A stretch of 64,000 bases of DNA, from the NCBI GenBank assembly GCA_965153455.1, contig OZ234493.1, forward strand, positions 21,380,213 to 21,444,212, read 5' to 3'. This DNA comes from Sphagnum compactum (lineage: Eukaryota). The translations under genes were made by a program, and so were the position numbers. The notes beneath the pieces were generated by a model. It ran no database searches. It was not told the origin of the DNA and saw nothing but the letters and a program-made list of their open reading frames with translations. Each line of letters begins with the position of its first letter. Positions within the stretch are counted from its first letter, which is position 1. Of the stretch, positions 28,561 through 38,944 are shown piece after piece.

Positions 28561-28776
28561 GTGTGAATATTTTTGATTTGGTGTAGTGTAGTCTTTTGTT
28601 TCTCAAATTCTACTCAACCCTTATATGAGGGGAATTTTTTTGTTTTTATATGGAATTTTTTTTCAAATTTAAGATTAAATATGTTTTCTTACAAATTTGA
28701 AATTAAGTTTATATATGTCAATGTGGTGTCACAATTAATATTAGTAAATTGTTGTTCAAGTGATAAGGGGGTTTGG

Positions 28777-29040
28777 GTTGGATGTTTCAAAGTTGAGTGT
28801 TGCTTCTAAACATTATGTGAGGTGCAAGGTTCTCATGTTGAAGTGGGCAAGACTATTGTTTGGGTGTTAAGGTTGGATGCTTCAAAGTTGGGTGTTGCTT
28901 TTGACCATTATGTGAGGTGCAACATTCCCATATTGTAATGGGCAAGAGTAATAGCTTGGTATTGAGGTTGGATGTTTCAAAGTTGACTGTTGTTTTTAAC
29001 CATTATGTGAGGTGAAAGACTCCCATGTTGAAGTGGGCAA
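28777..29040 (+). repeat. Tandem repeat, ~95 bp x 3
   Basis: ggttggatgYttcaaagttg..tgttg...cattatgtgaggtg...tgggcaa at ~28777, 28871 and 28966. Confidence 0.9.
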
Positions 29041-30899
29041 TTATCAAGATTCAAATCACATAGGTCATTCTTATAATTTAGGTAGTTTAATAATTTATGG
29101 TTGAATTTGACGTTGTGCTTAGAACATGCAACGACAAATTCAACCATCTATCTATTCACGAAGGTAGTTTCTTTTGTTTTGTTTCTCACATTGAGATCTC
29201 ATAAACCACAGCTAGTTGGTCCAAATCTCCTATTCCTAGTTGACTTTGTTTTGGTCACCATAAATGCAAAAATTCCCCCCTTCAAATAAAGTTTTTGGTT
29301 ATTATAGTTTGTACTTTTAATGTAATCACCTTAAAAGGTTATTATAAATAATTAGTAGACTTTTACAAACAAAATTATAATATATGGATTAATGGCTAAT
29401 TATAAACTTTTATCCATGGTTAAAATAATAATTTCAATAAACTAAAAAATTATCAAATCCAAGGGTGGGGTCATTTCCAATATCCAAGATTCATAGGCCC
29501 CTCCTTTAGAAAATGTACCCACCCTATAACCTTAGGAATAACACACACATATGGCCAACCAGAACCAACACCCACAAACGCACCATTTGGATGGACAATC
29601 CAGTGGATGTGCTAAAATTTTATCCTTTCCTATCCCTGTGCTAACCACCTTGGTCCAAGCTTATTCGCACGATTTTATTTTGTTTTTTTGCCTTCTCAAC
29701 CCTTGGACTTCCCAAAAAGAAATGTTGTGATTCTTTTTTGGACCCACTTGACCACATCAAAACCCCATTCTCCCACCCACTGACCCCCTTAGCCTACTAT
29801 TTTTCTCAACTATGTTTTCACCTGCATATTTCAAATGACCTAATCTCATCCCCACCTACCTACTTGCCCACCCATCTACTTACCAAGTGGCATTCATATG
29901 CTTACCGACCTACCCATCTACCCTTACACACCTACCAACGTCCTACACACCACACAAGTGTAGAAAAATGTTGATGAAATTAGATGTGGGTATTGCAATC
30001 CATGAGGTGTCACTAAATGACGAAATCTGATGAAAGTATTGCATTTCATCATGTAAATGATTGCGCCATCCTTTCACTTTCATACCTACAAGACTTAAAG
30101 GTAGGTACTTACCAAACACCACCTAGCCATACCTACCTACCTGGTCATTAGTATGACCAACCCCCCATTTGGTGATTGTGATGTTTGAATGAAAAAAATG
30201 CAAGTATTACATGTCCATTGGATTTGTTCACACAAGCCACTTATAATGCCCAAATGAAGATAATTGCAGCTACCTGGACAAAGGTATTGCACTAAAGGAG
30301 TATTCTACTTAAGGCATGGACAATTGATCATATATTGCATTAAAATCATGAAGGAAGGTGGGGTGGGGGGGGGGGGTTTTAAAACATTATTGTTCACCAG
30401 ATTGGTCATCTTGAAGAGGGACAAAAAATTAAAAATAAATGAAATGAAAAATTGTAATGTAGCTTAATGCAAAAATAATTGGTCACCTTTAACAACTTGA
30501 CCCTCAACCACCGTAGTTGGTGGTTTGATTACTACATTCGCAATGGATTTGTCAACTTCTGCACTTTGAAAATCTTCACCTTTAGCCATTAATCTTGAAA
30601 GGTCAATTAATGCATTAAGCAGCATTACTTCACTTGGAATATTTTGACCTTCAACCACCACAATCAATGTAGTTATTGAATCATCGACCGTGTTACTAAC
30701 ATCAATGGCTAAGGTTCAATGCATGGACTTTGCATCCTTTTCAACCTTGTGAAAAACACCATCTTCAACTAAACAACCCAATGCACCGAATAATAACCCA
30801 AAAAATTTAACACCACACAAAAGCAAAAAGCAACAGAAGGAGAAAAATGAAGACCAAAAAAAAAAAGGGTAGAAAACAGTAGTAGAAAAAAGTGCTACT

Positions 30900-31900
30900 A
30901 AGATGGTTTTAGGGTTTAGGGTGATGGTAACATTAAGAAAGAGGGAGGTGCTGCCAAAGGGTTTAGGGTGATGGTAACACAAGGAGAGAAAGAAGGCAAT
31001 GGTAGCAAGACCAGGAGAAAAGGAGGTGTTACCAAGAAGATGATGGCAGTAGAACTAAAAAAGAAGGGGGGCAATGGTAGAACAAGGAAAGAAAGGGGGG
31101 CGATGGCAGAACAAAAAAAGAGGGGGGCGATGGCACAACTAGGAACATTAAGAGCAAGAACCACAAATGAAGAATGAGGAGCCACAACCAAGAACACCAA
31201 AAGCGAAAGCAAGGAGCACCAAGAACAAAAACACCAAGAACGAGAGCCAGGAACACCAAGAGCAAGAGCACCAAGAGTAAGAGCATCAAGAGTGAGAATG
31301 AAGAGCAACAGGAGCAGGGGCACCAAGAACAAAAGCCAAGAATGAGAACCAAGAACACTAAGAGCAGGAGTTAAGAGCACCAAGAGTGAAAATAAAAAAC
31401 CAAAAACACTAAAAGCGAGAGCTAGGAACACCAAGATTGAAAGCGAAAACATTAAGAATGAAAACAAAGAACACCAAGAATAGGAACACCAAGAACGAGA
31501 ATTCAAGAACACCAAGAACAAGAGCACCCAAAAAAAGAACCAAAAGCACGTAAAGCAAAAGCGAGGAACACCAAGAGCAAGAACAAAAACACCATGTGTA
31601 GAAGCACCAAAAGCGAGAACGAGAAGCATTAGGAGCGAAAACGAGAAGCACTAGGAGTGAAAACAAGGAGCAAAAACATCAAAAGTGAGAATCAAGTGTG
31701 AAAACATAAAACACCAAGAACAAGAACACCCAAAACGAAACAAAAAAATAGCAAGAATGAAATTGAAAAACACAAGCAAGAACGAAAACGAAGAACACCA
31801 AGAATAGAAAAACAAAGAGCGAAAGCCAAGAGTGAAAGCCAAAAGCACCATAAGAAGAGCAACATGGAAATGAAGAATGAGAGCACGAGACAAAAGTGAG
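30900..31900. repeat. Low-complexity A/G-rich degenerate minisatellite (aagaacaccaagagc-like)
   Basis: Many caccaa(g/a)a units with strong strand asymmetry. Flanked by acctacctac/gtaggtagg tracts in opposite orientation (~29850-30140 and ~31960-32040). Confidence 0.8.
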
Positions 31901-33833
31901 GAGTGAAAGCACATTGACGATGATGACAACGCGATGAAGGTGCCAAGAGGGCGAGAATGGGTAGGTAGGAGGGAAGGAGGTAGGAGGGAGGTAGTTAGAC
32001 ACAAGAGGATAGGTAGGTAGGGGGGTGGCAGGTAGGTCAGAGGAAAGGGCCAAAGATTTTTTTTTTAAAAGCCTCTCGGAGGTAGGAAGAGGGGGAAGGA
32101 GAAAAATCCTTAACTCACCCCAAACTCACCCACCCTCAGGTTCCCATCCAAAAAATCCAGAATGGGGTTTATTGGATGGTGCGTTAGTGGGTGCTGGGTC
32201 ACTAAAGCCCACAGATATAAGGGGTGAAGACCAACAAACGGATATCCCTAACAAACCCCCAAAAAATTATAGGGCTAAGCGATACAGAGTAAAAGACCTA
32301 TACTATATTACATGTACCAAATGATACAAAGAAATTCATGTTTAAAAGAAATTTGAGGACCTTACAGATCCCCCCCCCTCTCTGCTTATGGGAGAAAGAA
32401 AGGTCAAGAGCTTTTACCACCACCACCCAGTGAGCAATTCGATCGAAGCACGAAGCAGTTATTGGTGGGCTCCAGTGATTTTCTTGCGAAAGCGAGCACC
32501 ACTAGCTCGGGCGCTCTCGCACATCTTATCTAAATCATAAGCGGCATAAATGATGTTGATGATGATGATGAGGGTGCGTGCTGATGATGATGATGTGAAG
32601 CTTGAAGAAACAATTAGCTGTGTCCGATTTAAGCGGCTCGTCCAATTTAGTAACAGGCCAGCACTGACAGATCTCAGAATCAGTCGCCGCTACAGCCCAT
32701 CCACGCCACATGCATCGCCACATGGGTAAGATCTAAAATCCAGGCGGTTGCAGAAAAAAGAGCTGCTAGCTAGCGAGCGCAAACAAAATCTTGTTACCTG
32801 GCGAAAGTCCGAAATTAAAAAAAAAATGGGCAAGCTTGACGCTGCATTTGATGATCTGAAGATGATGATGATGACTATGATGATAATTGATGCATTTTTC
32901 TTTCTTTGGGTGTGAATTTAGACCTACTTTTGGGTTTTCTTCATATTTCGACGTTGGAAAGGGCATTTTTCTCCTGGACCTTTTGCAGCCTGGAAAAGAC
33001 AAAGTGAGTTTACCGGAGGATTTTTCAGAGAGATTTTTCAGCAGGTTTGGAGCTGGGTGGTTGGAGACGAGGCTAGCTGCCAGGGTTTTGGAAAAGGGCG
33101 GGCAACGGCAAGAAGAAGAAGACTTTGCTTAGTCCGTCGTCGTAATTAGGTGCACATACTTGTCCTACACTTGCGGGAAATTTTGCCGATCGGAGGGGAA
33201 AAGGGCAAGACTGTCGTGGTAATACAGCTGGTGTACTGACGTTGCTTTTTCGACTACTCCAGGAGCCACGACAACAGCCGCGCCCTAGTGCGCAGTTGGT
33301 GAAGATATTGGGGGAGGAGAGGGAAGTACGATTTTTCCATTTTGGGATTTAATCAGCAAAACAAATATATTTCTGGACCGCAAATGCTAGAACTCGCGGT
33401 TGGATTGATGTGGGTGCATTGATACCTATACATCAGAACTTGCGACATAAGTTGTACATCATGTTTCAGGCAGAGGCTCCAGTCAGCTAGCATGGGTTTG
33501 AAACTCGAGCTTCCGTAGCTCTTGTATAGTTTAATGGGCATGATCTTTAAGAGCTTGCTTTTTAGCAGGTTGTAACCAATAAGAAAAGAATCGATAGTAC
33601 TTTTCCATCTCTGTGGATCTGATACAAGAATTATTCTAGGAACAATGTATCCGATTTCCATTCTCCTAATCTGGTCAGGGTGCAGAAGACTTTTTTTTCC
33701 CCCTCTTTTCCTGTTGTTGTGTGTTTCAGGGAAACATACGCTGAATCTTCCTGACGGAAGGATGAGCGTAAAATCATAGTTCCGAACCTTTTCATTTGCA
33801 TCCTTCAATCTCTACAGTGTCGCAGTTTCCTGC

Positions 33834-33841
33834 TATAAGTA
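33834..33841 (+). promoter_or_regulatory. Candidate TATA box for the miRNA cluster transcript
   Basis: cTATAAGTA ~170 bp upstream of the first hairpin in a CpG-retaining region. Positional inference only. Confidence 0.4.
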
Positions 33842-34004
33842 GCCAGTTGTGTGAAACGATCGATCATACTTGCCTCGAGTTTCTTCTAGTGCGTCTATTG
33901 TGTAAGGCCGCGGTGCGATCAGTAGTTTGTGTAGGTGTGAAGCAATCGTTCCTGCTAATCACGTAGGAGGAATGTGTTTCACATTTGTTTTAGTGCTTTC
34001 GTCG

Positions 34005-34097
34005 ACGCTTCTACAGTTTGTCTAGTGTGACATTCTTCATATTCGTAGCTGCACACGAACGAATGATCTGCACCATAGCCAAGATGACTTGGAAATC
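34005..34097 (+). ncRNA. Degenerate miR902-like hairpin (unit 1)
   Basis: 3' arm tgcacacgaacgaatgatctgcaccatagccaag...ggaaat is homologous to units 2 and 4. 5' arm gtctagtgtgacattcttcat is diverged. Confidence 0.5.
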
Positions 34098-34187
34098 TGC
34101 AACAAGCAAAGCTCATTTAGATTCGTCAAAGCATGTCAACTAGATGTCCACGACATATAGTAAGCTAGGGAGACCGCTCGATAGCTC

Positions 34188-34286
34188 ATTTCCTCCAACT
34201 GGTCTATGATGCAGATTCTTCATCTGCAGACTCGATGCAGATCTTGCACACGAAGGATCTGCATCATAGCCAAGATGCAAGGAAAT
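34188..34286 (+). ncRNA. MIR902: miRNA precursor hairpin, miR902 family (unit 2)
   Basis: 5p TATGATGCAGATTCTTCAT (34205-34223) pairs with 3p ACGAAGGATCTGCATCATAGC (34250-34270). Basal ATTTCCT/AGGAAAT stem. Matches my recollection of Physcomitrium miR902-5p/3p. Confidence 0.8.
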
Positions 34287-34380
34287 TTCCAACATTCAAG
34301 CGACCTTAAATGTTAAGAGTCCTAGTTAGATCGACATCTCAAGTTACAGATATCTCGTGTGCAGTTAACGGCGAAGCTGA

Positions 34381-34495
34381 GTTTTTGTTCAGCTCGTCGA
34401 TGGTGCAGATCCTTCTCTTCAATACTGCAGTCCCTAGATGGGTTCGAGATTCTTGTAAAAGACAGATCTGCAGAATAGCCAAGATACAGAAGCGC
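34381..34495 (+). ncRNA. Divergent miR902-like hairpin (unit 3)
   Basis: 5' arm gtcgatggtgcagatccttctctt and 3' arm aagacagatctgcagaatagccaag retain the TGCAGATC/GATCTGCA core. Confidence 0.5.
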
Positions 34496-34579
34496 GAAAA
34501 GCAGCCAAGCATAAACGTCTAGTCCTCAGATATCAAGTCGCAACGGATCATATGTTAGAGGGATGCTCCCGATCGACAC

Positions 34580-34674
34580 ATTTCCTCCAGCTAGTCTATG
34601 ATGCAGATTCTTCATCTGCAAACTCGATATAGTTGCACACGAAGAATCTGCATCATAGTCAAGGTGAAGGAAAT
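34580..34674 (+). ncRNA. MIR902: miRNA precursor hairpin, miR902 family (unit 4)
   Basis: 5p TATGATGCAGATTCTTCAT (34597-34615) is identical to unit 2. 3p ACGAAGAATCTGCATCATAGT (34639-34659). Basal ATTTCCT/AGGAAAT stem. Confidence 0.8.
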
Positions 34675-37600
34675 CTTTGACACAATCACACGGCAGAATG
34701 TGGCACTTGACCACACAGACGTTCATGCCAAGGCATGACACTCATAGGCACTGCTGGAGTAGAGCTCTTGATTTCTACAACTCTCTCTCTCAAGTAGAAA
34801 AGGATTTTTAAAGTTCTAGATCAGTCGTTAATGTGATCGTCTTCATTCTTCATACCTTCATATTCAAATTAGAGTAGTATTGTAGCATAGTTCTGATTCC
34901 CAGCCCCAGCCCCAGCTTTCCACTCAGATTAAATGTCGAACTCCTCCTCGAAACAGACAGAGTGACCAACGATCTCAGCAGAAAAAATTAAACAAGCTGT
35001 AGATGTTAAAAACCAGTACGAATCCAGACTTGATGGGAAACAACACATTTGAATGCCCGTTGCTCATAATACGCTAGTTGGACCCATTCTTCAGATCTGT
35101 TTCCAAAGGCATTCAGAAACTCTAGTCTAGAGATCTCTTGCCTAGTCCAGGAGCTCCATCTCCTGTTGTATATCTATCTCTGCAATCAGTAATGAAACCA
35201 AGGTCAATAGTCACTACCCCTTTCTTAGCTGCTTAGAGATGCTTCACACTCTTGCTAGCTACTCTCATGTTGTAAATCTATCTGATCTGCAATCATGCGT
35301 GAAACCATGAAGGTCACTCTGGTTTCTTAGCTGCTTAGAAATTCTTCACATATACAGAAACTCCTTGGTATATATATATATGTCTACTTCCAGGATCCAA
35401 CCAAAAGATACTCTCCATAATGAACTTCATGCAAACACTTGTACTAACAACAACCTTGTATCAAATGAGTACAACCACATGGTTACTTCATTTCATACAA
35501 GTGGTTGCACAAAGATCATCATTGCGAGCATCTTGGGCACCATTTTTTTCACAAAATACTTTGCACAAAAAATCATATTTTTCAGGTTGAAAAAATGCAA
35601 ATTTTCACCCCACAAAAAAACCCTTGTCAAAATCGGCCCCAAACCAGTGTTGGGCATGTATATGGTTTTTGATATATAAGTCAAGTGTATTTTAAAATAT
35701 ATTCACATGTAAATGTAGAATGGTGTAATTATAAAATCATAGAATACACACACATCTTGCTTTACACACCGTGTGAAACTGTAGAAAACAACATAAACTA
35801 ATAAATGAAAAAGTGCATGCCCTCACCTTGTGACCTAGCCCCTTTCTCTTGTTTGTTTTCCGTCCCTTTCTTCTTGTTGAACACTTGGAAGCTCCATTGC
35901 CTTTCATTCCATTTGTCCTCTTTTCAATCTTGTTCGGAGAGAGCCTTGAGAAAATCAAATAGAACTTCAAATTGGATGCATTTACAAGGCCACTCGTTCT
36001 ATTTGTTGAGTAGCCCTTCTATTTCTAGCATATTATTCTATTGCTATTGATAAATGAGATTAATATCTTTATCTTTTGATGAATATGGTAAGTTTTGATA
36101 ATTGATTAATAGCTAAGTTATATTTATAAATGAAGAAAACATCTTCAATTTGACCATTTTCTCTCTTCATAAATGATTATAAAAAAGTAAAATGTACAAA
36201 GATTAGAAATGTGTGTCCATGATATTGAATAGGCTACCATTAGTTCCATTGCAGAACAATATAGTACCTTGTAATTGGTGTGACCTGGCTCCAGAGGCTT
36301 CCCCAGATGTTGAATTGAACGTGTGTGTGTGTGTGTGTGTGTGTTGTGGAGGCTTGGAAGTAGATCCTCATTGTGTTGTCCAAGGATCTAATTTTGACAA
36401 CTTGACTAAGGTGGTTGCTGGCGCTTTTTTGCATTGTATGCTGTTGTGGCTATAGCAGATGATTACCCTACCAACACAGATATGAAGTTGATAAACATTC
36501 TCAATGAGAAATCCTTGTCATTTTGAAAAAAATTATAAATGAAAACAAACATAGAAGCGAAGCTAATATTCAACTCAAAAAATATACAGAGGAGCAAATC
36601 CAAATTTAATGACAACAAGAAATGAGAAATTGTATGCTAATGCATGAAAGGAATAGTGAGTTTTAATAAAGGGTCTTCTGATGCTTCAGAAATGACAGTA
36701 AACTGCATTTCTAAGCAATTCTTGTTCCCACTTCAATCTATGATTGTTGCAGGTCACAACAACTTTTGCACAGAAATACACACAACAAGATCTAAGTGTG
36801 TCCTCAGACCCTCGAAACAGTGTCCATAGTAAGGAACTTTTGAACAGAATGTGTCAAGTTTTACAGGGACACGCACATTACAAGTTCCAAGTATGTCATC
36901 AGAGCACGGTAATGTTTCCATGTTAAAGAAGTTTTGCACATTTATACACAACAAGATATAAGTGTCCTTAGCCTGTTTCTGGGTTTCCTCCTCATGAAGT
37001 TCAATGTTGAGAAAAGTTTTTGTTCATCTCTGGCCACGCACTTGTCCGCACAGTAGTTTGCAAAGGGTAGGACTTCTGTGGATATCAATAGTCTTAAACT
37101 TCCATCCCCTTTGCCTACATAAATCGAACTTGCGACGTGCTTCGCAGGGCATGCTCAGACGATTTGAGAGTGGAATGAATACTTCTTTTTCGGGTAGGGT
37201 TCTGATTCACACCAAAGAATGAACTGTTTTTTTACTTGTTAACCGCTTGATATTTTTTTCCCGCTTGCTGGGGAGGAGGAAGGGAACACAGAAACGGTGA
37301 AGGTGTGACGGAATGAAACAGCAGACGAAGATTGTTGTGGAAACAAAGCATTAGCAAAATTGTTGCTTTGGATACTGAGAATTGCGCACCTATTCTCCGC
37401 CCTGTGAATTTGAAATCTATTGAAGAAGATGCAACAGGGCTCCAATATGATCAATGAGAGATCATAAAGAGATCTCCTTCATGGAACTCTGCAGTCAGAC
37501 AAGGTGCAAGTGATTTGCAGTTTCTAGGGTTTATAAACAAAAGAGAGTTACAAAAGAAAAGATTTTATATAGTTCCCTGATTATAATTTCAATCTTCATG

Positions 37601-37844
37601 TGATTTGCAATTATAAAACTGGCTCTCCAATTTTCTTGCAGAAGTTCATGTGATATTTGAATTCTGGGCGTGGGTCTGAATACCTAAACGGATCTCTGCA
37701 CACGAATTTATATATTCACAGGACCAACTTTGCAGACTTGGCAATGGATTCAAGAGTTGAATAGCTGCAGAGATACAGGAGACTCCATAGGGATGAAGGC
37801 TGATGGAAACAGCATAGAAGATTTCCGACTTAAAAATGGCTACA

Positions 37845-37997
37845 AAATGTGCATGCGATGACAGCTTCCAGATCGAGAAATGCACAAAGCAAGTGATCAT
37901 CAAATACACTACTACTACAAAAATCTTTGCAGATTTCTTCACTGTGGACTTAAAAGTCATCGGTCGACTGGAATATACCTGCACTTAAAGACACTTG
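37845..37997 (-). ncRNA. Possible H/ACA snoRNA
   Basis: Two hairpins (tcttt..tgcagg/tctgcaaaga; gtgta..gatga/tcatc..tgcac) ending in ACAttt. The hinge AGTAGTA is not a canonical ANANNA. Confidence 0.35.
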
Positions 37998-38142
37998 CGA
38001 TGTGGAAAAGAAAGCACAAGGCAAGTAACACGGAGCAGGAGGTTTCTCTAGCACATGCTTAGGGCCTACTCTTCCTTAGAGATCAGAGCTGCCCGGGGAG
38101 CATTGTGCAGCATTCATAATGTTTACTGCTCCAGCCAAGGAA
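37998..38142 (-). ncRNA. Possible H/ACA snoRNA
   Basis: Hairpin ttccttgg..ggagca/tgctcc..ctaaggaa followed by H box AGAGTA (38067-38072), a weak second hairpin and ACA at 38001-38003. Confidence 0.35.
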
Positions 38143-38203
38143 CCCATAGAAGATAAACACCAAAAGGGCGTAGAAGAGAGTTACAGGAGACGAAAGTAGC
38201 AAA

Positions 38204-38287
38204 GCCTCAGAGAGAAGATCAGTTCTTTCTTCACAGTCCCACTGGACTCGAAGCACACACATCGATACGATTCTTTTCCTCATAGGC
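38204..38287 (-). ncRNA. Box C/D snoRNA predicted to guide U6 snRNA 2'-O-methylation (mgU6-47/SNORD7-like)
   Basis: gcct-ATGAGGA(C)...GTGAAGA(C')...CTGATCTTCTCT-CTGA(D)-ggc. The guide pairs with U6 AGAGAAGAUUAG (one G:U). The D+5 rule targets the A right after ACAGAG. Confidence 0.72.
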
Positions 38288-38368
38288 AGCTATTTCATAG
38301 CCCAGTTTTTGTGGCACAACAAGAAGAGTCAGATCAACACAGAAACCGAAAGAAGACCAACACAATAA

Positions 38369-38461
38369 GGCCTCATCGATCTTAGTGGTATTGTGTCTAA
38401 TCAGCTGGTGACAAAAAACGTGCACCATCAAGAGTAGCAAATACTGGTATAATCATCGGCC
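38369..38461 (-). ncRNA. U24: Box C/D snoRNA U24 (snR24/SNORD24-like)
   Basis: GGCC terminal stem and C box CGATGA. Guide TATTTGCTACT before D' TTGA is complementary to LSU rRNA AGUAGCAAAUA. C' CTGATTA. Guide ACCACTAAGATC before D-variant ATGA is complementary to LSU GAUCUUGGUGGU. Same dual-guide layout as yeast U24. Confidence 0.85.
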
Positions 38462-38864
38462 AACCCGATCTATCTACACTTTCTCTGCATCCTTGAAAAG
38501 ACGTACCCTCAAGCAGAAACTGAAAAAACCCTTAGAAAACTTCTAGAAACAATCAGAGCCACAGCAAGAAAACCCACAGACGAACGTAATATGGTGAGAG
38601 ATACGATAGAACACAGAATCCGAACATCAGAAACCCAAGGTAAGAAATCCACATCTGAAAGCAAGTTACGAGAACTGATTCATATCTAAGTCTGCAACTA
38701 GGAAAGTGGCATGCAAAGCATCCTCAGTCCTCAACAAACCAAACGCCAAGAGGAGCAAAACGATGAACACAGGCTTTCGATGTAGCCACAGTACAAAACC
38801 ATTTAAAGAGAAGTGCTGCAAGGATGTGTAGTTCAAGATATTGCTCTGCATCGGCCGGGAGCCG

Positions 38865-38944
38865 TTCATATACGCAAGAAAAATCTTAGGTCGGCTGCGC
38901 AAGTTTTGAAGGAGTGAAATTAGGGTTTGGGGAAATTAGGGTTT
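38865..38944 (-). promoter_or_regulatory. Telo-box x2 plus TATA-like box upstream of snoRNA cluster
   Basis: AAACCCTAAT twice on minus (38919-38928, 38935-38944) and TATATGAA at 38865-38872. Telo-box + TATA is typical of plant snoRNA and ribosome-biogenesis promoters. Confidence 0.6.

Noticed and set aside
30916-32053. Long Leu/Val/Phe-rich ORFs (up to 237 aa) resembling membrane proteins
   Set aside because: Open in several frames because the T/C-rich minisatellite strand lacks stop codons; no domain motif.
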